Shown: positions 1-10,269, counted from the stretch's first letter. The stretch: DNA of 64,000 nt from Candidatus Cloacimonadales bacterium (GCA_963662585.1 OY759729.1:2816001-2880000); one strand, 5' to 3'. The notes: generated by a model from the sequence alone, not told the origin. Translations and numbers: made by a program.

Positions 1-288
1 GCTAATCCTCGTAATTTCCCTTGTGCTATTGTTAGTTTGGCTAGTTCTAAGGGAGATTTAATGACTAGCTTTAGATATGTTAAGCATAAAGCTGTAGTGA
101 GAGTATTCTTAGTGATTGATGCTAAAAGTGAAGATCCTGATGCTGATATTTATAAGCTTAGTATGTTATTCAGAGATGCTTATTTATCTAAGTTTAGAAG
201 AGATATTGATGAGATTGATTACTACCCTAGCAGGGCTGATGCAAGTCGAAAAGTGATGATCGCAAAATTTGATATAAAGAGCATATAA
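1..288 (+). CDS. Phage protein, 5'-partial (possible tail completion/terminator)
   Basis: Frame is open from base 1 (ANPRNFPCAIVSLASSK...); the FPCAIV-like motif and position among structural genes suggest the function. Confidence 0.45.
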   Translation, partial: ANPRNFPCAIVSLASSKGDLMTSFRYVKHKAVVRVFLVIDAKSEDPDADIYKLSMLFRDAYLSKFRRDIDEIDYYPSRADASRKVMIAKFDIKSI

Positions 289-331
289 GAAAGTTAAAAA
301 AGAGACAATAACAAAGAGTAGAGGGCATTCT

Positions 332-1516
332 ATGAGGGTAGAAAAGATAGCAAATTACAATGTAGGGATATTAAGCTCTGATGATCTATTAACTAAACAC
401 TATGGAACTGAAAAGATAGATTTAGAAAAGTATGATTGGGCAGGATCTAAGAAAATTACTAAATCAGATACTAATAAGAAGGTGGTTTATCCTCCTGTTT
501 CTATGCATAAACTGCTCAAATTAGCCGAGGTTAATGAATATCATAATGGTTGTATAGATGCTCAGATAATGTCCACTGTAATGGATTTTAGCTCTTCCAA
601 TAAAAGCTTTAATGCCTGGATTGATAAGGCTGTATTTCCTGAAAATCAAGACCTTGAGCAGTTATTAGAGGAGTTTTTAAGATATTACTTAGAGTGTGGT
701 AATGGCTTCTTATTGAAGATGAGAAATGCTAAAGGAGAATGGATTGGTTTAGAGAGGTTATTACCTACAGAGACTTTGATAATAGAAAGCTATGATAAGT
801 ATGGTTTCTTTACTCCTGATTATCTGCAGATTAAAAACAATAAGAAGACTCTCTTTGATGGCAGAGATGTTATTCATCTTAAAAATCCTACTTATAGATC
901 AAATGCCTGGGGATTGGCATGTTTACCTATTATCACAAGCATCTCTATTTTAGAAGAGATTAAAACCTTTGATTATAATAACTTTAAGAATGGTCTGTTA
1001 ATAGATTACTTCATTATAGTTGAGGGGGGAACTCTTAAAGATGATGTTATTGAAGATGCTGAAGGTAATGAAGTTTTGAAAGATGCTTACACAGTGATCA
1101 GAGAAACTCTGCAAGGAGCTAAAGGTAATGATGGCTCACATTCTACAGTATTAATCGAAACTGAAAGCAAAGATACCAATATCAGATTAGAGCCAATGAG
1201 ACAGCATGAGAAAGATGGTGGTTATTTAAAGCTTAAAAAGGATTTAAGAGAAGGCATTTTTGCTTATCATAGAACACCACCCAGGGTGGTAAGTCAGTTA
1301 GTAGCAGGTTCTTTAGGAGGAGATAACAATTCAGATATGATACTATTTTATAATTTCGTAATCAAGCCTCTTCAGAGTCGATTAAAAAAGGTTTTAGCAA
1401 GAGAGTTTAGTAAGGACTCGGATTTCACTTTAAAAGCGACAGAAATCGATTTTGGCGATTTGACTACTATCTTTCAGAGTGAAGATGAGAAGATATTTAA
1501 TAAGTTGAAGGGTTAA
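332..1516 (+). CDS. Phage portal protein (PBSX-like)
   Basis: 394 aa; GNGFLLKMRN..GE.IGL.RL, DVIHLK, YHRTPPRVV and FYNFVIKPLQ motifs typical of portals. Confidence 0.85.
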   Translation: MRVEKIANYNVGILSSDDLLTKHYGTEKIDLEKYDWAGSKKITKSDTNKKVVYPPVSMHKLLKLAEVNEYHNGCIDAQIMSTVMDFSSSNKSFNAWIDKAVFPENQDLEQLLEEFLRYYLECGNGFLLKMRNAKGEWIGLERLLPTETLIIESYDKYGFFTPDYLQIKNNKKTLFDGRDVIHLKNPTYRSNAWGLACLPIITSISILEEIKTFDYNNFKNGLLIDYFIIVEGGTLKDDVIEDAEGNEVLKDAYTVIRETLQGAKGNDGSHSTVLIETESKDTNIRLEPMRQHEKDGGYLKLKKDLREGIFAYHRTPPRVVSQLVAGSLGGDNNSDMILFYNFVIKPLQSRLKKVLAREFSKDSDFTLKATEIDFGDLTTIFQSEDEKIFNKLKG

Positions 1517-1519
1517 GGG

Positions 1520-1610
1520 AAACACCCCCTGTGTCCCCCTCGTGGAGGGGGATTAAGAGGAATACCACCCCGTCTCGGAAATACCGAGACACCCCTCCGA
1601 GGAGGGGAAT
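1520..1610 (+). repeat. Two REP-like palindromes (short ACACCCCC-hairpin unit plus 47-bp double-hairpin unit)
   Basis: tccccctc-gtg-gaggggga hairpin at 1520-1554; accacccc-gtctcgg-aaata-ccgagac-a-cccctcc-ga-ggagggg-aat at 1564-1610, same family as the hsdM/hsdR inserts. Confidence 0.9.
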
Positions 1611-1641
1611 GGTTCCCAGTAAAAACAATGGAGGAAAAAGA

Positions 1642-3405
1642 ATGTTTTTTAAGAAAAGAAAACAGTTAAAAAAGGGTGAATTAAGAGATATTGATGTTGA
1701 TTATGTATCACTCTTGTTTGATGACATGAATCCAGCTAATCGCAAAGGGTATGTGTTTAAGTGTGAAGATGGTAAAAAGCGTATTATCAAAGGTATTTCT
1801 AAGAAATACAAGTCTGAAGTTATTGGAGATACAGGTTACTTGTATGTAACAGTTATGGAACCAAGTGTTAAAGATACTCAAGATGATCATGCTAATGAGA
1901 TTGAGGTTCAGAAGGCTTGTGAGAAATTTGCTAAGAAGGGATTAACAGGCAAGAATGATGTAAATCATAATGGCAAGGTAGTTAATGACTTCTTCATTCC
2001 TGAGAATTACATCCTTAAATCAGCTGATCCTGTGCATTATCCTAATACAAAGCTTAAATCCTGGGTTCAGGTTATTAAGTGTGAAAACTTAGAGAGTGAC
2101 TTATGGAAGAAAGTTGAAAAAGGTCAGTTTAATGGTGTTTCTTTAGCAGGTGAAGCTAACGACATTGGAGATAATCATGATGAGATAATCAAGAGTATTG
2201 AAAAGAGTTTAGCTTCTTTAGTCAGCTTAAAGAAATCAGCTGATGGTGAAGGTTCTAATGAAGTGGCAGATCAAATTGCAAAGTTAGAGGGTGAAATAGC
2301 TAAGCTAAAAGACTCTAATAAAACAGATGACACAAGTGTGGAAGAAGTACTCAAGAGCATTCAGAAGTCTATCAAAGAGACCTCTGAAGCTGTTAATAAA
2401 GCAATATCAAAATCACTTAAAGGAGAAGCAGAAAAGGAGTTGGTTGTGGATAAAGAGATATTAATCAATGGTGCAAAGGTTGTAGTTAAGGGAAGTCATA
2501 AAGAGATTTATAAGGGAATAGCTGATGTAGATGGTGGTCAAAAGATGAATATCTTAACTCCTAATACTACCAGTTTATTCATTGATGAAGTTGTTGAAAG
2601 CAGAGGAAGTGATACTCTTAGTGATATCACAGTTGTTCCACTTATTAAAGATGAGAAGATTGATGCTGGCTTGATTGAAGATTTGATCTTCAAAAATAGT
2701 ATTGATGGAGCTTTAACAGGTCAGGAAGTAGGCACTTCTGATATTGAATGTCCTACTGGTATCTTATTTGCTGAGTTTATGTTAGGTCGAGATGTAGTGG
2801 AATTCTACAAAGATAAGCATGGAGAAGAAGCTTTTGGTGCTTATGTAGAGCAAAAAATAGCTTCTAAGGCTGAGAAAGCTTTAAGAACTCTGCTCTTTAA
2901 AGGTGATAGAACTTCAGCTAATGCAAAGTTTAAAGCTCTTAATGGAGTGATTAAACTTGCTTCTGCTGGCAGTGATATTACAGAAATTGATGCTTCTACT
3001 TATGACACATGGGTTAAGAGATTTGAACAAGCTTTACTTGGCTTTGAAGATGATATCTTAGAAGAACAAGAAAACTTCAATATCTATGTTTCTCACAGAG
3101 AGTTAATTAAAATCAGAACTGAGCTTGGTGATAGACAGACTAATGCTGGTGATAAGCTTATTCTTGAAGGTGGTAAAATCTCCTTCACTGGTATTCCAGT
3201 TAAAGGTAGATTAATGCCTGAAGGCTATATTGTAGCAGGATTAAGTAAGTTCATCATTATTGGCTACAGAACTGATGCAGAGCTTAAATTAGAGCATCAT
3301 GGCTCAGATTGGAAGTATCACTGGTACATTAGAGTAAGACCTGGGATAACTTATGTTCCTAACTTTGTGAAAGTGTATCAATTAGCTACTCCTACACAAG
3401 GATAA
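1642..3405 (+). CDS. Fused XkdF-like prohead protease / scaffold / major capsid protein
   Basis: GGAGG RBS before ATG 1642 (the ORF-track extension from 1531 is translated REP sequence); N-terminal VSL..NPAN, D.NH and LWKKVEKGQFNGVSLAG motifs; coiled-coil middle; capsid-like C-terminus (LLFKGD...LNGVIK). Confidence 0.75.
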   Translation: MFFKKRKQLKKGELRDIDVDYVSLLFDDMNPANRKGYVFKCEDGKKRIIKGISKKYKSEVIGDTGYLYVTVMEPSVKDTQDDHANEIEVQKACEKFAKKGLTGKNDVNHNGKVVNDFFIPENYILKSADPVHYPNTKLKSWVQVIKCENLESDLWKKVEKGQFNGVSLAGEANDIGDNHDEIIKSIEKSLASLVSLKKSADGEGSNEVADQIAKLEGEIAKLKDSNKTDDTSVEEVLKSIQKSIKETSEAVNKAISKSLKGEAEKELVVDKEILINGAKVVVKGSHKEIYKGIADVDGGQKMNILTPNTTSLFIDEVVESRGSDTLSDITVVPLIKDEKIDAGLIEDLIFKNSIDGALTGQEVGTSDIECPTGILFAEFMLGRDVVEFYKDKHGEEAFGAYVEQKIASKAEKALRTLLFKGDRTSANAKFKALNGVIKLASAGSDITEIDASTYDTWVKRFEQALLGFEDDILEEQENFNIYVSHRELIKIRTELGDRQTNAGDKLILEGGKISFTGIPVKGRLMPEGYIVAGLSKFIIIGYRTDAELKLEHHGSDWKYHWYIRVRPGITYVPNFVKVYQLATPTQG

Positions 3406-3416
3406 GGAGGTAGATC

Positions 3417-3950
3417 ATGGGTATGGCACCAACTGCATTAGATAAACAAGTTAGTGATTTCCAGGAACAGATAGCAGTTTTTAATCATGGTTCTAGCTGG
3501 ATAGGAGATGGTTCTTTTAGTGATATAGGTGAAATCCCTCCTGAAGTATTGTTAAATCAAGGAGAATTTGAAGGTTTTCTATCTTCAATGTTTACTCCAA
3601 TCTCAGATTTGGGAGAGAATCCAGGTAAAGAAGAATCTAAGGTAGCTAAGTTTAAAACTACAAACTTCTTAATTGAAGGTAAGCGTACTAACACAATCGA
3701 ACTGACTTTAATAGGTCTTAATCAGGTTAGAAAAGACTGGCTTGAAACACAGTTAAATAAAGCAATTAGGACTATTGCTTTATGGTCAGCTGATAAAGCA
3801 AGCTGTTTAATCTTCAATGGTATGAGATGGAGCTATGAGAGAAGTAATGAGTTTAATGGCTTATATACAGCTACTATAAGTACTGAATACTCAGGTCCTA
3901 CTAAGGATAGGTATTTTATCATAGATGGTATCCCTGAAACTGCTGTGTAA
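3417..3950 (+). CDS. Probable major tail tube protein
   Basis: 177 aa, strong AGGAGG RBS, beta-rich, between capsid and chaperone/tape measure; function inferred from position. Confidence 0.5.
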   Translation: MGMAPTALDKQVSDFQEQIAVFNHGSSWIGDGSFSDIGEIPPEVLLNQGEFEGFLSSMFTPISDLGENPGKEESKVAKFKTTNFLIEGKRTNTIELTLIGLNQVRKDWLETQLNKAIRTIALWSADKASCLIFNGMRWSYERSNEFNGLYTATISTEYSGPTKDRYFIIDGIPETAV

Positions 3951-3967
3951 ATCAGTAAGGAGAAGAG

Positions 3968-4165
3968 ATGTCAGTATGCGAACACCACGAGAGTTTAGTA
4001 GGAGATATTAAAGATATCAAAAAGAAGTTAGATGGTAATGGCAGACCTGGGATATTAGAGAGATTAAGCAGAGTGGAAACTAAGCTAAATATAGTCATCT
4101 GGTTGAATGGGTTAATGGCTGGAGTAATGATAGCCAGTGTTTTGAAACCGATAATAGGAGGATAA
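3968..4165 (+). CDS. Small holin/XhlA-like membrane protein
   Basis: 65 aa; N-terminal coiled coil (LDGNGRPGILERLSRVETKL) and C-terminal transmembrane helix. Confidence 0.5.
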   Translation: MSVCEHHESLVGDIKDIKKKLDGNGRPGILERLSRVETKLNIVIWLNGLMAGVMIASVLKPIIGG

Positions 4166-4166
4166 G

Positions 4167-4574
4167 ATGAGTGAATTACTAAATCATCCTGCAGTAGTAT
4201 CTGCAATAAGTGTGGTAGTAACAATGATCATTATAGGAGTAGTTTATTTGATTAGAAAGAAAATGCTTTCTATCGATAGTGTACTTCCTACTGTTCAAAG
4301 AGTAATAGAAGCGATACTGGGTGCTTCCAGGTATGAACATCCAGCATCACAAATAGAGAAGGATATTAAGAATATTCCTTCTGCTGAAATGGCTAAATTA
4401 GCTAAGAAACTAGCAACGGATAATCCAGTGCAGAAAGTATATGATATTGTGACAGAACCTGCTAGGAGAGCAGGAGAGCAAGATGGTTCAGGTTGGCTTA
4501 AAAACTTAGCTACTGGATTAGGTCGAACGGCTATGACTGGACTTGCACAAGGATTAGCAAAGAAGCTGTTTTAG
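4167..4574 (+). CDS. Phage membrane protein (holin-like)
   Basis: N-terminal transmembrane helix followed by RKK; GGAGG RBS. Confidence 0.45.
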   Translation: MSELLNHPAVVSAISVVVTMIIIGVVYLIRKKMLSIDSVLPTVQRVIEAILGASRYEHPASQIEKDIKNIPSAEMAKLAKKLATDNPVQKVYDIVTEPARRAGEQDGSGWLKNLATGLGRTAMTGLAQGLAKKLF

Positions 4575-4576
4575 AG

Positions 4577-4647
4577 AAACACCCCCTTTTGTCCCCCTCG
4601 CTGAGGGGGATAAGAGAAGATGCCTGCAGGATGCAGGCGTTCCCAGT
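4577..4647 (+). repeat. REP-like palindrome pair
   Basis: tccccctc-gct-gaggggga hairpin followed by gcctgca-gga-tgcaggc-gttcccagt. Confidence 0.8.
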
Positions 4648-4653
4648 AATATA

Positions 4654-5449
4654 ATGGAGAAATAAAACATTCGAGAGTAGTATAATAGGCTGGGTAGGAG
4701 GAAAGAGACTTTTAAGAAAAAGGATCATTCCACTTATCCCAAAACATAATTGGTACTGTGAGCCATTTGGTGGAGCAGGTTGGATTTTATTTGCTAAAAG
4801 CAATGATGCGAAAGATTGGAAAATAGAGAATAAACCGAATTACCGAGAGATATTTAATGATATTAATGGTGATTTGATAAACTTCTGGAGATATATCAAA
4901 TACCACCCAGATGCTTTTCATAAGGAGTTAGAACAATACATGGCTTCCAGAGAGCTTTTTAAAGAGATGATAGAAATGAAACCTAGAACAGACTTAGAGA
5001 GAGCTGTATTCTTTTATTATAAGCTATCTTGTTCTTTTGGTGGATTATCTCGTTCATTTGCTTTAAGAGGTGGTTCTAACATTATCCCTCTATTCAATAA
5101 GGATAAAGTTGATAAAGCTTCTAAAAGGCTGGCTAATGTGGTAATAGATAACCTTAGCTTTGAGAAGTTAATTACTAAGTATGATAGGGAGTTTACCTTC
5201 TTTTATGTTGATCCTCCTTACTATGAGAAAGAGAAACTTTATGACAGAGATTCTGTTGATGCTTTTACTCAGCATAAGAAACTTAGAGAGCTTCTTGGTA
5301 AGGTAAAAGGCAAATGGTTACTCTCTTATAATGATCATCCTAAAGTAAGAGAATTATACAAAGGTTATGATATCCAGGAGGCTGAAACACTTTATTCTCT
5401 ATCAGGGAAAACAATACCAAAGACAGAGATTCTGATAAAGAACTATTAA
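4654..5449 (+). CDS. dam: DNA adenine methyltransferase (Dam/D12 class); no in-frame ATG, so frameshifted or non-canonical start
   Basis: Frame open 4655-5449 encodes WVGGK, EPFGGAG, NDIN and DPPY; the nearest upstream ATG (4654) reads ATG GAG AAA TAA in another frame. Confidence 0.8.
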
Positions 5450-5589
5450 ACAAGGGCAGACTGCGGTCTGCCTTATTATTAAAGGATCATACGATTATGA
5501 GAAATGAAGATATTATGGTATCGCTTCGCGATGAAGATTTAAAAAGCGGATGTGGTCATCCGCACTCCCAGTTATAAAAGGAGGAAAGC

Positions 5590-5883
5590 ATGAAGGTATA
5601 TGATGATATAAATACATTAAAAAGGGCTTGGGATATTTTAAAAGAGTGTGGCTTAGAGTTTCTGTTAACTGGAATATCAGGAGACTTAGAAATAGATGCA
5701 GTAAAACTCCTAAACAAATTACTATCAGAAGACAAGTTGGTTGAGTTTATGCAGGTTATTACTCATGATAATACTGCTTCTTTTGAGTATATGAAGCTAT
5801 CTGAGGTGGCAGAGATTGCGAATTCTTTTTTTACCACTTCTGGAGCAGGCTTGGGTGCTTTTCTGGGTCTAAGAAAAGCGTAA
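5590..5883 (+). CDS. Tail assembly chaperone (gpG-like)
   Basis: Directly upstream of the tape measure gene; contains slippery T TTT TTT at 5826-5832. Confidence 0.7.
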   Translation: MKVYDDINTLKRAWDILKECGLEFLLTGISGDLEIDAVKLLNKLLSEDKLVEFMQVITHDNTASFEYMKLSEVAEIANSFFTTSGAGLGAFLGLRKA

Positions 5884-6011
5884 AGCATAAGCATAACATC
5901 TTTAGAGATTATTACTTATCATTAAGTATGTTAGGCTTAAACTGTAATGAGATAAGTATTGATGAAGCATACTATTACATAAACAAGGTTAATTCGGAGA
6001 CTAAGAGATGA
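5590..6011 (+). CDS. Tail assembly chaperone, -1 frameshift product (gpGT-like)
   Basis: -1 frame open from 5832 (YHFWSRLGC...INKVNSETKR) to TGA 6009-6011, overlapping the tape-measure ATG as ATGA. Confidence 0.75.
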
Positions 6012-8881
6012 AACAGCAAAGATTAGTATTAAAAGTGGTTGTTGATGGTGACCAGGCTCAAGCATCTTTAAATCAGTTAGAAGGAACATCTAAAAACCTA
6101 GTTAATAAGATTGTAGATTTTGGTGTTAAAGGTGGTGTAGCCTTTTACGCTGTTAAATCTGCAGTTACTGGTCTTTATAATGGTATAAAGGGTTTGCTTG
6201 ATGCTCATTTAGAACAAGAGAAAGCTAACAGGCTCGTTACTCTTGCCTTTAAAGAACAGACTTCAGAGATGCAGAAATTTGCTAGTGCTATTCAGAAAGT
6301 AACTAACTATGGAGATGAGCAAACTCTGCCTTTAATGGCTAAGCTCTCTACTACTTATAAGCTTACAAGTGAAGAGATTAAACAATTAACTCCCTTATTA
6401 TTAGACTTTGCTGATGCTAATGCTTCTACTGGGATGTCTATCTCTTCAGCTTTTGATCTTATGGGTAGAGCTGTTAATGGTCATACAGATATGCTAAGCA
6501 GATATGGTATAGAGCTTGATAAAGCAAGACTAAAACAAGAAGGTGTGAGCTACTTAGTAGAAAAGTTAGCTCAAGACTATCAAGGAACTGCTAGAGCTTT
6601 AGCTGATACAAGACTGCAATCTGCCAATGCTATTGGAGACTTGAAAGAAGAAATGGGAAGATTGCTTTCTAATGTAATGGATCCTTTTATTAGAAAGACT
6701 TTAGAAGCTACTTACAAGCTTAATGATTTCTTTGCTCAAATGGGAAAGAGTAACAATCTAAGCAAGGCAAATCAGGAAATTGCAGAGCAAAGTTTAAGGT
6801 TTGAAACTTTGACTTCCAGGTTAAGAGTGCTTGGTGATGTAACAAACTCTACTGATGCTGATAAGGAGCTTTTTAGATCTACTTTAGTTGAGCTTAAAGA
6901 TACCTTTGGTGGCTATATTGGTGAAGTTGATACTACTATAACTAAATACCAGGACTTAGTAGATGCTGTAGATTCTGCAAGAGATGCTATGATTAGAGAA
7001 GCAGGTTCTAAGATGGCATTAGCTGAGAATCAGGACCTTATAGAGCAGATAGCTAAAGATAAGGTTTCTATGCAAGAAAGCTATGATAATATTGCTGAAT
7101 ACCAGGTAAAACTAAAAGAGTGGAAAGACTCCTATAATGAGGCTTTAGATAGTGATTTAGGTGATGCTGTTTTATCTAAATATGAGACTTATATCTCTAA
7201 ATATGAAGCTTTGATTACTGATAATGAAGAAAAGATTGAGAAACTGAAAAACAATATTGAGACTTCCCACAAGAAGATTGATGATATTCAGAAGTTTTAT
7301 GCTTCTGCCTTTGAAAAGAATACAAGTCTCATAATTAATAGTCAAGGGACTTTCACTGAGAGACTTCAAGCTGTTGATGAGCTTTATAATAAGGGTAAGC
7401 TTGAGAAGTTAAGTTTAGAATTAAAGCAAACAAGAGAGACTTATGAAGCTATTTCTGAGAGTGAAATTGATGCTAAATTAGAAGCTTATACAAAAATAAA
7501 AGAAATAGAGAAAGAAATTGAAACTGAGAAAGAAAACCAAAGGAAAGAAGCTGAAAGCAAACTCTTAGAAAGACAGGCATTAGAAGAAAAGTATTCTTTA
7601 TTATCTATTGAAGATGAGAAAGAAAGAGCAATCAAAGAGCTTGAAATACTTAGAGATAAAGAACTTGCTAAGGCTGATGAGCTTAAAGTTGGTGCTGAGA
7701 AAAGAAAGCAAATAGAAGAATACTATGCTAAAGAGATTGCTAAAGTAAAAGAAGCTGAATCAGAGACAAAAACAGATGTAGTAGCAAAACAAGAGAAAGT
7801 CTTCCAGGATAAACTTGCCCGGTTGAGAATAGAAAAAGAGCTAGGATTAGCTACTTATGATGAGCTAAAGCAGGCTTTGAGTGATTATGCTGAATTTGCT
7901 AAAAGAGCTTATGGAGAGCAATCTAATGAATATCTTAATGCTTTAAATGATATGAGAATGGCAAATATGTCTTGGGGTTCTAACCTTAGAGATATCTGGA
8001 AAGATGCTTTTAATAACCTTTATCAAGAAGGCTTCGAAGAGGGAGAATATGGACTAGTTAAAAGAGAAGAAGCTTATATTAACTATCTTAGCAGGCTTAT
8101 AGCTAAAGAGAAAGAAGGTTCTGCTACTAAGAAGGCATTAGAGTCTGAAGTATTTAAACACCAGGTTGAATTAGAGAAATCTAAAACAGAGCTTGTAAAG
8201 GATGGAGTAGCTTCTACTTTAGAGATGGGCTCTAGGCTAATGACTGCTTATCAAGGACAATCTAAATCAATGTTTAACATAGGTAAAGCTCTTGCTATTG
8301 CTAATGCAGGGATGAATACATTTGAAGGTGTAACCAAGGCTATTGCTTCTTATCCTCCTCCTATATCTATCATTATGGCAGGTATTCAGAGTGCTTTAGG
8401 TCTTGCTGAAGTAGATAAAATTAGAAAGACAAAGTTTGCTCCTAAAGCTAAGTATGGTGGTTTATCAGGCTTATTAAAAGGACCTTCTCATGCTAATGGT
8501 GGCATCTTAATAGAGGCTGAAGGTAAGGAGTATATCACCCAGGGTAAGAGAGTTGATGAATTAGGAGTTGGTTTCTTTGACTTCATTAATTATGCTCCTT
8601 TAGAAAACATAAAGAAGGCTTTTAGTGGAGTGTCAATCCCTGATGTTCCTGGTCCTGCAGTAAGTCCTAACTTTGCTTATGCTACAGGTGGTTTAGTATC
8701 TTCAAACAATTCTTTCATTAATGATCTAATCACTGAAATCAGATCTTTAAGACAAGAATTTAGAGAAAAGAATATGACTGTAAATAACTACATCTCTGCC
8801 AATGAAGTAATTGATAAGGCTGATAGTGCTAAGTTTAATGAAAAGAATGAAGAAGGAAGTATTGTGAGGAGCAGATGGTAG
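6008..8881 (+). CDS. Phage tail tape measure protein
   Basis: 957 aa, helical/coiled-coil, Ala/Lys/Glu-rich; C-terminal GPSHANGGILIEAEGKEYI motif. Confidence 0.88.
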   Translation: MKQQRLVLKVVVDGDQAQASLNQLEGTSKNLVNKIVDFGVKGGVAFYAVKSAVTGLYNGIKGLLDAHLEQEKANRLVTLAFKEQTSEMQKFASAIQKVTNYGDEQTLPLMAKLSTTYKLTSEEIKQLTPLLLDFADANASTGMSISSAFDLMGRAVNGHTDMLSRYGIELDKARLKQEGVSYLVEKLAQDYQGTARALADTRLQSANAIGDLKEEMGRLLSNVMDPFIRKTLEATYKLNDFFAQMGKSNNLSKANQEIAEQSLRFETLTSRLRVLGDVTNSTDADKELFRSTLVELKDTFGGYIGEVDTTITKYQDLVDAVDSARDAMIREAGSKMALAENQDLIEQIAKDKVSMQESYDNIAEYQVKLKEWKDSYNEALDSDLGDAVLSKYETYISKYEALITDNEEKIEKLKNNIETSHKKIDDIQKFYASAFEKNTSLIINSQGTFTERLQAVDELYNKGKLEKLSLELKQTRETYEAISESEIDAKLEAYTKIKEIEKEIETEKENQRKEAESKLLERQALEEKYSLLSIEDEKERAIKELEILRDKELAKADELKVGAEKRKQIEEYYAKEIAKVKEAESETKTDVVAKQEKVFQDKLARLRIEKELGLATYDELKQALSDYAEFAKRAYGEQSNEYLNALNDMRMANMSWGSNLRDIWKDAFNNLYQEGFEEGEYGLVKREEAYINYLSRLIAKEKEGSATKKALESEVFKHQVELEKSKTELVKDGVASTLEMGSRLMTAYQGQSKSMFNIGKALAIANAGMNTFEGVTKAIASYPPPISIIMAGIQSALGLAEVDKIRKTKFAPKAKYGGLSGLLKGPSHANGGILIEAEGKEYITQGKRVDELGVGFFDFINYAPLENIKKAFSGVSIPDVPGPAVSPNFAYATGGLVSSNNSFINDLITEIRSLRQEFREKNMTVNNYISANEVIDKADSAKFNEKNEEGSIVRSRW

Positions 8882-10269
8882 ATTATAGAGTAGAGTTTGT
8901 TACTGCTGAATTTGGCTTTAATCCTGTAGTTTATAACTTCAATACTGGTTTAATTAATATAGAATACTCTCCTCAGAAGGTAGCTATCAATAACAACTTT
9001 GACCAGGAACCTGATAGAGTTGAAATTGAGATTATTCTGGATGATTGGCTTAAGGCTAACCTGGTTAATGGTCTTGAAGTTAGAAATGCTATTAGTAGCT
9101 ATGATATTAAGGTTTATAGGGGCAATATCCTTGATTTTAGAGGTGCTGTGCTTTTAGAGGGACTTGGATTCAAACATCCCGATAAAGTGCTTAAATTTAA
9201 GGCTTATTCCTATTCTCATTTGCTAAATTTAGAAAAAGATGCTAGCTACTTCCCTGCTAATAGGACTTTAGATCTTATCATGAGTGGGATAAGTCAGAAG
9301 GTAGCTGAAAGGTATAACAGAACTTCTAACTTCCTGGATAAAAACATTATCTATAACAATACTGAACTGACTGATTATGCCTTCTATGAGATAGCCTCCT
9401 TTTATGAGACTGCCTGCTTAGAAAGGACTTCAGATATTGGTTATGACAGCTATACTCTTCCTTTTCACAATGATGCTATAATAATTAAGTTTAGGAGGAT
9501 TGATTGGGTTATCACAGAAAGAGATGTACTTAATCAAGGAGATAACGACTATACTTTATTAATGAGGAGTTTTGTTGCTGAAATATCAAATAAAGTCTGT
9601 ATTGATATGGATATCCAGAGTGAGAAGATTGGAGATTACTCTTCTCTTGATAGTGCTAGAAATGCTATTGAAACAGCTAAAGAAGATTATCCTGATCACT
9701 ATGAAGACACTTCCTGGATTGGCAGGAGAGAATATTCCTTCCTTGAGATATATGGAACTACTTATAAGGTTGCTTCTGATAACAGAACTCTTACCATTTC
9801 AGGCAAAGTATTTCCAACTTCCTTAATCTTAAAATCTGATAATAGAAAGTATCTTACTGCCTTAAAATGCTTCCTGGTAATTCATAACTTCACTATTATC
9901 AAAAGAGAGGCTGATGGCTTCTTAAGGATAGTCAGAAACCACTGGGGTAATACTGATCATGGAGATATAACAAGTGATGTAACTGAATGTGAGGAGATTA
10001 GGAATTTTAAACAGGTAGTGCCTGATTTTAGCTGTTTAGATGCTCTCTACAATTCTGCTGAACCATTGATAATTCTCTTAACTGACTATTATACTTCAAT
10101 TGCTAATAAAGCAATCAAATACAAGCTTAAAATAGATGATATAAACAAGAATAACCTGTCTGTCTTTGATATAATAAGAGTTAAGGAAGAACAGTTATTC
10201 CTTACAGAGCTTAAAAGAGACTATATCAAAGATGAATACCAGGCAATAGCATGGAGGACTAATGTATAA
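8875..10269 (+). CDS. Phage minor tail / tail tip protein
   Basis: Overlaps the tape-measure stop; function inferred from position. Confidence 0.5.
   Translation: MVDYRVEFVTAEFGFNPVVYNFNTGLINIEYSPQKVAINNNFDQEPDRVEIEIILDDWLKANLVNGLEVRNAISSYDIKVYRGNILDFRGAVLLEGLGFKHPDKVLKFKAYSYSHLLNLEKDASYFPANRTLDLIMSGISQKVAERYNRTSNFLDKNIIYNNTELTDYAFYEIASFYETACLERTSDIGYDSYTLPFHNDAIIIKFRRIDWVITERDVLNQGDNDYTLLMRSFVAEISNKVCIDMDIQSEKIGDYSSLDSARNAIETAKEDYPDHYEDTSWIGRREYSFLEIYGTTYKVASDNRTLTISGKVFPTSLILKSDNRKYLTALKCFLVIHNFTIIKREADGFLRIVRNHWGNTDHGDITSDVTECEEIRNFKQVVPDFSCLDALYNSAEPLIILLTDYYTSIANKAIKYKLKIDDINKNNLSVFDIIRVKEEQLFLTELKRDYIKDEYQAIAWRTNV

Noticed and set aside
1531..1641. N-terminal extension of the capsid ORF
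   Set aside because: It is translated REP sequence; a strong RBS precedes ATG 1642.
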